Below are positions 12,886 to 20,022 of a stretch of DNA of 64,000 nt, one piece after another. Source of the DNA: Phycisphaerae bacterium (GTDB taxonomy: Bacteria > Planctomycetota > Phycisphaerae > UBA1845 > Fen-1342); the NCBI GenBank assembly GCA_963675745.2, contig CAXXWX010000019.1, forward strand, positions 32,001 to 96,000, written 5' to 3'. The notes under the pieces were generated by a model, which did no database searches, was not told where the DNA came from, and worked only from the letters and a program-made list of their open reading frames with translations. The translations under genes and the position numbers were made by a program. The first letter of the stretch is position 1. Each line of letters starts with the position of its first letter.

Positions 12886-14946
12886 ATGTCCAAGGCAGAC
12901 ACAATCCTATCGATCGTCAATAACCACCTCGACACCGAGCAATTCAAGCAGCGGCACTGGGAGGGCACGTTTCGGGAATACCTCGACATGGTTGCCCAGG
13001 ACCCGCGCATTGCCCGCAATGCGTTTCAACGCATCTATGACATGATCATGCACTTCGGCACCGACAAGTACAAGCTGATGAAGCAGGATCTGGTCCACTA
13101 CAAGTTCTTCGACGACCCCTTCGAAGAGGGCGCCGATGCTATCTACGGGCTTGACACCGCCATTATGCGCCTCGTCGAGTGCTTCAAGTCCGCCGCCCAC
13201 GGCTACGGCACCGATCACCGTATCCTGCTGTTGCACGGGCCGGTCGGCTCGAGCAAAAGCACCATCGCGCGGCTGTTGAAGAAAGGCCTCGAGTACTACT
13301 CGCGGATCGATGACGGCGCTCTCTACACGTTCGCCTGGAAGGTGGCCGGCGCTGACGGCAAAGTCGATGTCCAGCCCTGCCCGATGCACGAGGACCCGCT
13401 GCGTCTGATCCCGACGGCGGCGCGCAAGGACGTACTGGCTTCGATCAACGCCGACCTGCCCACCGACAAGCAGGTCCGCATCGAAGGCGAGCTCGATCCT
13501 TTCTGCCGCAGGATGTTTCAAGACCTGCTCGTCGAGTACGGCGGCGACTGGCACAAGGTGATGGAGCATATTACCGTTCGCCGCCTGGTGCTCTCGGAAA
13601 AGGACCGCATCGGCGTCGGGACGTTCCAGCCGAAGGACGAGAAAAACCAGGACTCGACCGAGCTGACCGGCGACATCAATTACCGCAAGATCGCCCAGTA
13701 TGGCTCTGACTCAGACCCGCGCGCGTTCAACTTCGATGGTGAGCTGAACATCGCCAACCGCGGGTTGTGCGAGTTCATCGAGGTGCTCAAGCTGGATGTG
13801 GCCTTCCTGTATGACCTGCTCGGCGCGTCGCAGGAGCACACCATCAAGCCGAAGAAGTTCGCGCAGACCGATATCGACGAAGTCATCATCGGCCACACCA
13901 ACGAACCCGAATACAAGAAGCTCCAGAGCAACGAGCTCATGGAGGCGTTCCGCGATCGCACGATCAAGATCGACATCCCGTACAACACGCGTCTGGATGA
14001 CGAAATCAAGATCTACGAGAAGGACTTCGGCAAGGACAAGGTGCGCGGTATCCACATCGCGCCGCACGCCGTCGAGATTGCCGCCATGTGGGCCGTGCTG
14101 ACGCGCCTGGCCGAGCCCAAGAAAGCCGGCCTGACGCTGATGCAGAAACTCAAGCTGTATGGCGGCAAGAGCGTGCCGGGCTTTACCGAGGATTCGGTCA
14201 AGGAGCTGCGCGACGAAGCCCCGCGCGAGGGTATGGACGGCGTCAGCCCGCGCTACATCCAGGACAAGCTATCCAACGCGCTGGTCAGCGAGCAGGCCCA
14301 GCTCGACCGCGGTATCAATCCCTTTATGGTCATGAACGAGCTCGAAAGCGGCCTCGACCACCACAGCCTGATCACCGACGAGGAGCAGAAGAAGCGCTAT
14401 CGCGAATTGCTCAGCGTTGTGCGCGAGGAATACGAGGAAATCCTCAAGACCGAGGTTCAGCGGGCCATCTCCGCCGACGAGGACGCCATCACGCGGCTGT
14501 GCGCGAACTACATCGACAACGTCCGGGCCTATACGCAGCACGAAAAGGTCCGCAACAAGTACACCGGCAAGGACGAGGAGCCGGACGAGCGCCTGATGCG
14601 GGCGATCGAGGAGAAGATCGAGATCGCCGATGCGCGCAAGGACGACTTCCGCCAGGAGATCATGAACTACATCGGCGCGTTGGCCCTCGACGGCAAGAAG
14701 TTCGAGTATCACACCAACGCCCGGCTGCACCGCGCGCTGGAACTCAAGTTGTTCGAAGACTCGCGCGATACGATCAAGTTAAAGAACATCGTTTCAGGCG
14801 TGGTCGACGACGAGACCCAAGCCAAGATCGACGTCGTCAAACAACGCCTGATCAAGTTCTTCGGCTACAACGAGACCAGCGCCACGGACGTGCTGAACTA
14901 CGTCGCCAGCATCTTCGCGCGCGGTGATACGAAGCAGGGGGAGTGA
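12886..14946 (+). CDS. prkA: PrkA/YeaG family serine protein kinase (AAA+)
   Basis: [65 protein letters not shown] precedes ATG 12886. Confidence 0.95.
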   Translation: MSKADTILSIVNNHLDTEQFKQRHWEGTFREYLDMVAQDPRIARNAFQRIYDMIMHFGTDKYKLMKQDLVHYKFFDDPFEEGADAIYGLDTAIMRLVECFKSAAHGYGTDHRILLLHGPVGSSKSTIARLLKKGLEYYSRIDDGALYTFAWKVAGADGKVDVQPCPMHEDPLRLIPTAARKDVLASINADLPTDKQVRIEGELDPFCRRMFQDLLVEYGGDWHKVMEHITVRRLVLSEKDRIGVGTFQPKDEKNQDSTELTGDINYRKIAQYGSDSDPRAFNFDGELNIANRGLCEFIEVLKLDVAFLYDLLGASQEHTIKPKKFAQTDIDEVIIGHTNEPEYKKLQSNELMEAFRDRTIKIDIPYNTRLDDEIKIYEKDFGKDKVRGIHIAPHAVEIAAMWAVLTRLAEPKKAGLTLMQKLKLYGGKSVPGFTEDSVKELRDEAPREGMDGVSPRYIQDKLSNALVSEQAQLDRGINPFMVMNELESGLDHHSLITDEEQKKRYRELLSVVREEYEEILKTEVQRAISADEDAITRLCANYIDNVRAYTQHEKVRNKYTGKDEEPDERLMRAIEEKIEIADARKDDFRQEIMNYIGALALDGKKFEYHTNARLHRALELKLFEDSRDTIKLKNIVSGVVDDETQAKIDVVKQRLIKFFGYNETSATDVLNYVASIFARGDTKQGE

Positions 14947-14950
14947 GGGG

Positions 14951-15022
14951 GGCAGAAGGCAACGAGGCAACCAGGCAACCAGGGAACAGAAGGGAACAAC
15001 AGGCGGCTCGGCAGCCAGGCGG
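14951..15022 (+). repeat. Degenerate 8-10-mer tandem tract (GGCAACNA), left arm of inverted repeat
   Basis: GGCAGAA GGCAACGA GGCAACCA GGCAACCA GGGAACAGAA GGGAACAACA GGCGGCTC GGCAGCCA GGCGG, directly after the prkA stop. Confidence 0.9.
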
Positions 15023-15044
15023 TGGGCTGAAAGGGGGTGTGGTT

Positions 15045-15428
15045 GTGAGCGCGGAGATTCGGTCGTTTCGGGATCTTGTGGTGTGGCAGAAGGCGATGGA
15101 GTTGTGCCAGGGCGTGTACGGCATATCGCAGCGGTTTCCGCCCGATGAACGGTTCGGCCTGACCTCCCAAGTCCGACGCGCGGCTGTGTCGGTGCCATCG
15201 AACATCGCGGAGGGCTATGGCCGCAAACGCAAGCAGGATTACCTGCGTTTCCTGCATATCGCGCTCGGATCGCTCTGCGAACTTGAGACACAAGTGCTGC
15301 TGGCCATTCGCCTGGAATTCACAGACGACGATTCGGCTGTGCCGATTACGGGTCTGATCCGAGATGTTGATCGCCTGCTGAGCGCGCTGATCCGCTCTCT
15401 GAGCCGAACATACAAGGAGCCCACCTGA
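15045..15428 (+). CDS. Four-helix bundle protein (23S rRNA IVS protein / Avd-like family)
   Basis: SFRDLVVWQKAMEL, FPPDERFGLTSQVRRAAVSVPSNIAEGYGR, FLHIALGSLCELETQ. Probable GTG start at 15045. Confidence 0.95.
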   Translation: MSAEIRSFRDLVVWQKAMELCQGVYGISQRFPPDERFGLTSQVRRAAVSVPSNIAEGYGRKRKQDYLRFLHIALGSLCELETQVLLAIRLEFTDDDSAVPITGLIRDVDRLLSALIRSLSRTYKEPT

Positions 15429-15507
15429 GAATGTGTGGCAGAGAACAGCCAATGCGATGGCTACCGCCGACCACTGCCCGAAACGAGCGCACCATGCCGC
15501 GTCGTTT

Positions 15508-15570
15508 TTCTGTTGCCTTGTTGCCTTGTTGCCTTGTTGCCTTCTGTTGCCTTCTGTCGCCTGAGCCGCC
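15508..15570 (-). repeat. Tandem (TTGTTGCC)n tract, right arm of inverted repeat
   Basis: TTCTGTTGCC TTGTTGCC TTGTTGCC TTGTTGCC TTCTGTTGCC TTCTGTCGCC TGAGCCGCC; reverse complement of the 14951-15022 tract. Confidence 0.9.
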
Positions 15571-15571
15571 C

Positions 15572-16669
15572 ATGATCGCCAAAATCGAAAAAGACCACCA
15601 ACGCTTTCGCCAGATCATAAAAGGCAAGATCCGGAAGGACTTGCGCAAGTTCCTTACGCGCGGCGAGCTCATCGGCAAGGAGGGCAAACATCTCGTCAGC
15701 ATCCCTTTGCCCGGTATTGATCTGCCGCACTTCCGCTACGGCGACAACAAAAACACCGGCGTCGGGCAGGGTGATGGCAAGGCCGGCGAAAAAGTCGATG
15801 GCGAGGGCGAAGGCGGCCTCGGCGGCGACGAGCCAGGAAAGCACATTCTCGAAGTCGATGTCAGCCTCGACGAACTCGCCGACATCCTCGGCGAAGAGCT
15901 CCAGCTCCCGCGCATCGAACCCAAGGGCCGGCACAACATCACCACCACGCGCGAACGCTACTCCAGCATTCGCCAGACCGGACCCGAGTCGCTGCGCCAC
16001 TTCAAACGCACCTTTCGCCGGGCACTGCGACGCATGATCATGACCGGCGCCTACGACCCCGACGACCCCGTCATCGTCTTCGAGCGCGGCGACAAGCAGT
16101 ACCGCAGTTGGAAGACGACCAAAAAGCCACAGTCCAACGCCGTCATCGTCTACATGATGGATGTATCCGGCTCGATGGGGCACGAGCAGAAGGAGCTGGT
16201 GCGGCTCGAAGCGTTCTGGATCGATGCCTGGCTGCGGCGCAATTATGAAGGCATCGAAAGCCGTTATATCGTCCACGACGTGAACGCCGCCGAGGTTGAT
16301 CGCGAGACGTTCTTCCGCATCCGCGAGGATGGCGGCACCAAGATCAGCAGCGCGTTCAAACACGCCCGCGCACTGCTCGACGAGCACTACGCCCCGGACG
16401 AGTGGAATGTCTACCTGTTCCACTTTTCCGACGGCGACAATTCGTCCGAAGCCGACTCGCGCGAGTGTTGCGCGATTCTCAAGGACCACCTGCTGCCGTT
16501 CAGCAACCAGTTCGGCTATTGCCAGGTGGCCAGTGCCTACGGCAGCGGCGCCTTCATCAACGTTCTCCGCGAGCACCTCGCCGACGCCGAAAACATGGTC
16601 ACGACGCGCGTGAACACCAAAGACGATATTCTGGACAGCATCAAGGCGTTTTTTGCGAAGGGGAGGTAG
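15572..16669 (+). CDS. DUF444 family (YeaH/YhbH) vWA-like protein
   Basis: DHQRFRQII, VSIPLPGIDLPHFRYG, EELQLPRIEPK, MMDVSGSM, GGTKISSA, WNVYLFHFSDGDN. Usual partner of prkA. Confidence 0.94.
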   Translation: MIAKIEKDHQRFRQIIKGKIRKDLRKFLTRGELIGKEGKHLVSIPLPGIDLPHFRYGDNKNTGVGQGDGKAGEKVDGEGEGGLGGDEPGKHILEVDVSLDELADILGEELQLPRIEPKGRHNITTTRERYSSIRQTGPESLRHFKRTFRRALRRMIMTGAYDPDDPVIVFERGDKQYRSWKTTKKPQSNAVIVYMMDVSGSMGHEQKELVRLEAFWIDAWLRRNYEGIESRYIVHDVNAAEVDRETFFRIREDGGTKISSAFKHARALLDEHYAPDEWNVYLFHFSDGDNSSEADSRECCAILKDHLLPFSNQFGYCQVASAYGSGAFINVLREHLADAENMVTTRVNTKDDILDSIKAFFAKGR

Positions 16670-16810
16670 ACAGCGACAGGAGCCAACGCCCGCTTGACGT
16701 CCAGCTAGGCGGAATGGCGTTCCCTCGTGACGCCGATGAGTTCCAGGAGGTGGCTTGTGAACCGGACGGATGATACGATCGTATAGGTGTGAGAGGAGGC
16801 GCCGATCCAG

Positions 16811-17599
16811 ATGAACGCACAGGCGGCACTAACGATCGATCCGACGCAGAAGTTCCCGCACCTGGACCGGGCGCCGATTGTCGAGGCGGTGATCCACTGG
16901 CGCGCCAGAAGCGAAAAAGCACATCCGCGCGACGAACTGCTGAGGCAACTAAAAGAGAGGCTACCGGGCTACCCCGCAGCGCGATCCCAGCAGGAGATAC
17001 AGTTCGAGACACAGATTGGCCCTGAGGGGGCCGCTCAAGCGCAACGCGCGCGATGGGATGGCTTCCGCTTCGAATCAACGGACCGGCGGCATATCGCGCA
17101 GTTCACGCACAACGGGTTTGTCTTCAGCCGGGTCACGCCTTACGAGGACTGGGACCGCTTCGCCGCTGAGGCCAAGCGGTTGTGGCAAATCCACGTCGAG
17201 TTGGCCCAGCCGTCAGAGATTGAACGACTGGGCGTGCGTTTCATCAATCGCATCGTTCCGATTGACTTGGCCAAGCTGGACGAGATACTCACGCTGCCGC
17301 CGCAATCGCCGAACGGGCTGTCGTTGCCGATCGGGGAATTCCTGCATCGCAATCTGTTCGATGTGCCTGGGCACGCGTATCGCGTTCATGTGATCCAGAC
17401 GAGCCAGCCGCCCGCGCCGCCAGAGACGGACGCGCTCAGCCTCATCCTGGACCTCGACGTGTTCACGACGAAGACCATTGAGTTGGATGATGCGACGTTG
17501 GACGCCCGTTTGTGCGAAATGCGCTGGTTGAAGAACATGGCTTTCTATTCGCTCCTCACCGAGCAGACAATCGAACGATTCAAGGAGGCCAGGCCATGA
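16811..17599 (+). CDS. TIGR04255-like protein
   Basis: 262 aa with APIVEAVIHWR, PYEDWDRF, RLGVRFINRI and LDLDVF, a pattern recognised from this sporadically distributed family. Confidence 0.82.
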   Translation: MNAQAALTIDPTQKFPHLDRAPIVEAVIHWRARSEKAHPRDELLRQLKERLPGYPAARSQQEIQFETQIGPEGAAQAQRARWDGFRFESTDRRHIAQFTHNGFVFSRVTPYEDWDRFAAEAKRLWQIHVELAQPSEIERLGVRFINRIVPIDLAKLDEILTLPPQSPNGLSLPIGEFLHRNLFDVPGHAYRVHVIQTSQPPAPPETDALSLILDLDVFTTKTIELDDATLDARLCEMRWLKNMAFYSLLTEQTIERFKEARP

Positions 17600-18054
17600 G
17601 GGAGGCAGTCATCATTCGCGGCGTCAGCGGTGTGGCCCAATACATCGAAGACGCAACGCGCCGTGACCGCCGCTACCTCCACAAGTCCTCGGCGTTCGGT
17701 ATTCAGAGTGTGCTGCGCGACGAACTTGCTGAGGCTTGGGAAGAGTGCCATCAACCCAATTGGGACGGCTATGATGCATTGCCCGTCTCACGGGATGCGC
17801 TGCGGAACATGTACACGTTCTTGGAGGCAATGCCGCTCGGATTCCCTCGTCCGACGATCGGGGCCGATCCGCATGGTCACCTCTCGGTCGAGTGGTATCG
17901 AAGCCCGCGACGCGTGCTGTCCGTGAGCGTCAGTGACGACGACCTGTTGCACTATGCCGCACTACTTGGCTCCAACAGCACGTGTGGAACTGAGACGTAC
18001 TTCGGCGAGGTTCCCGAGAGCATTCTCAACCTGGTGCGGCGGGTCTACTCATGA
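17596..18054 (+). CDS. Hypothetical protein with NWDGY motif
   Basis: ATG 17596 overlaps the upstream stop (ATGA) and has an AAGGAGG RBS. Motifs PNWDGYDALPVS and PTIGADPHGHLSVEW. Confidence 0.8.
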   Translation: MREAVIIRGVSGVAQYIEDATRRDRRYLHKSSAFGIQSVLRDELAEAWEECHQPNWDGYDALPVSRDALRNMYTFLEAMPLGFPRPTIGADPHGHLSVEWYRSPRRVLSVSVSDDDLLHYAALLGSNSTCGTETYFGEVPESILNLVRRVYS

Positions 18055-18482
18055 TCGACTCGCGTAGCGTGCCGGACGTTGAGTCGGACGAGGTACTCGC
18101 CCGGTTCATTCTCTTTAGCAGACACATCCGTAGCAGCGACGACACGATTAGACCCGACGCATTCGTCCCGCATCCCCATGACGAACTCTCTGTGACGCGC
18201 CATCGCGATGCGACGGAGGACGAAGTTTGGGGCGCGGGCAGGGCAGTTGCAGAAATACAGCAACGGACACTGCATGGGCGCGGCGATGTCATCGCTGACA
18301 CCTTCATGAGGCAGGGCCTGGCGACTCAGGCAGCGCCTGTCTTGGGGCATGCCGCCCTGCCGGACAACCCGAACCACGCCAACGTGATCGGCTGGCCAAA
18401 GGACGACAAGGGGCGGCAGAGGTTACTCGCGCTAAGAGTCGCGCAAGAAGCCAATCTGGTTCGACATTCCATTCTGTCGTAA
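18051..18482 (+). CDS. Hypothetical protein, possibly ADP-ribosyltransferase-like fold
   Basis: ATGA overlap with the upstream gene. 143 aa with EVLAR, AF, LSVTR and NPNHANVIGW. The fold call is an inference. Confidence 0.65.
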   Translation: MIDSRSVPDVESDEVLARFILFSRHIRSSDDTIRPDAFVPHPHDELSVTRHRDATEDEVWGAGRAVAEIQQRTLHGRGDVIADTFMRQGLATQAAPVLGHAALPDNPNHANVIGWPKDDKGRQRLLALRVAQEANLVRHSILS

Positions 18483-18751
18483 CGTACCAATGCCGAGGTG
18501 GGCTGAGCACGAAGTGGTTGACGCTCCAACCCTGGTGGGTGCCCCACACCGTGCGTGGCAGGCGTGCACGATTGGCCGGCGCCACCAGTTGCCCCACCGG
18601 CGCCTTGCTGGCCGCCGAACTTGAAGCACCCCAAACGCGACGGCTTGGCCGGTATTCTCCGTGGACAATCTCACCTGCCCATGCCAGAATAAACCGCAGT
18701 GTGGCAGCCGCGCGGGGTGGGTCTGCCAACGCGGGGTTCGGAGGATTACTC

Positions 18752-19885
18752 ATGTCAGAGGGGACGGCGGAGCGCATTGTCATCCAGTGCGAGGCGTGTT
18801 CAGCGCGCTACAAAGTGCCGGCGGCCACGATCGGGAAACGCACCAGGTGCAAGAAGTGCGGCACGGCCTTCACAATCGATCCACCCGACCAACCCAAGCC
18901 GGGCTTGGAGCAATCGGCGGCGCCCGAGCAGACGCCCGACGAGCCACCGATCAGCTTTGAGTGTGAGGTTTGCGGCGCAACCCTGAAAGCCCGCGCCGCG
19001 GCGATTGGGAAACGCGTCAGGTGCAAGTCCTGCGGCGGTATTCAGACCGTACCCGAGCCGCCCGAGCCCGGCGGCGTCGGTGACGACGACGTCTGGGGCG
19101 CCCTCGCCGAGGGACAGGCCGTTCAACTCGCACCCGCCGACGACAGCACAACCGGCCGGCCGTGCCCATCCTGCGGCGGAAGCATGCCCGGTGGGGGCAC
19201 GCTTTGCACCGCGTGCGGATACAACATCCAGACCGGCATCGCCGCAGCGCCGTCGGTGACACGCGACCCAACGACGGCGCAGCGATCCAGCGAGGGTTTC
19301 CTTAACAAGCTCGGCGTACGTGTGATCCTAGGTTGTGGCCTGAGCATTATCGCCGCCGGACTCGGCACGATCCTCTGGATCGTGGTGCTGGCGTTGACGG
19401 GCTACGAGAGCGGCTTTGTGGCCTGGGGCATCGGCGGGCTGGCCGGCCTGGGTATGGCGCTCGGCTTCCGTGGCGTACATCCATTGGCCGGCATCGGCGC
19501 CGCGCTGTTCGCCACCGGCGGCATCCTCATCGCCAAGATGATCATGGTGCTGGTGATTCTTGCTCCATCGCTGATGTACGCTGTCGATGAAACGCTGCCC
19601 CCGCGCCAGGCGCTGACCGAGCACCTGGCGAATCGGGCATTCTGGGATGACCCCGAGGATCGGCCCCCGGAAGCACACCAGGCCGAGGCCATGGCTCGCG
19701 TTGCTGAAATGACCGACGAGGAGGTCCTCGAGGAATTGGACGTGGCGCGCGATTACGCCAGCTCCCAAACAGGCGGTGCTACAATCGGCGATGTGTTCGG
19801 GCTCATCGATCTGCTGTTCTTTGGGCTGGCGATCATAACCGCGTACCGACTCGGAGCGCGCGGATTCTCATCGGCACCATCCTGA
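18752..19885 (+). CDS. Membrane protein with three N-terminal zinc ribbons
   Basis: CEAC/CKKC, CEVC/CKSC, CPSC/CTAC, then several hydrophobic helices. GGAGG precedes ATG 18752. Confidence 0.85.
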   Translation: MSEGTAERIVIQCEACSARYKVPAATIGKRTRCKKCGTAFTIDPPDQPKPGLEQSAAPEQTPDEPPISFECEVCGATLKARAAAIGKRVRCKSCGGIQTVPEPPEPGGVGDDDVWGALAEGQAVQLAPADDSTTGRPCPSCGGSMPGGGTLCTACGYNIQTGIAAAPSVTRDPTTAQRSSEGFLNKLGVRVILGCGLSIIAAGLGTILWIVVLALTGYESGFVAWGIGGLAGLGMALGFRGVHPLAGIGAALFATGGILIAKMIMVLVILAPSLMYAVDETLPPRQALTEHLANRAFWDDPEDRPPEAHQAEAMARVAEMTDEEVLEELDVARDYASSQTGGATIGDVFGLIDLLFFGLAIITAYRLGARGFSSAPS

Positions 19886-19982
19886 ACAGGCTTCGAGGGC
19901 GGATGCCGCGCCGATCGCCTTGGAGGTCTGCGTGTGCAAACGCGTCGGCTTAGCCGGTGCCACAGAGGGCGACACCACCCAC

Positions 19983-20015
19983 CCTGTGGCCTTGTGGCCC
20001 TGTGGCCTCGTGGCC
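19983..20015 (-). repeat. 8-mer tandem tract (GGCCACNR)x4
   Basis: Plus strand reads CCTGTGGC CTTGTGGC CCTGTGGC CTCGTGGC C, just downstream of the amylase stop. Confidence 0.8.
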
Positions 20016-20022
20016 TTTTCAC

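Noticed and set aside
15045..15428. Diversity-generating retroelement suggested by the Avd-like protein
   Set aside because: No reverse transcriptase and no TR/VR pair differing at adenines was seen in the window.
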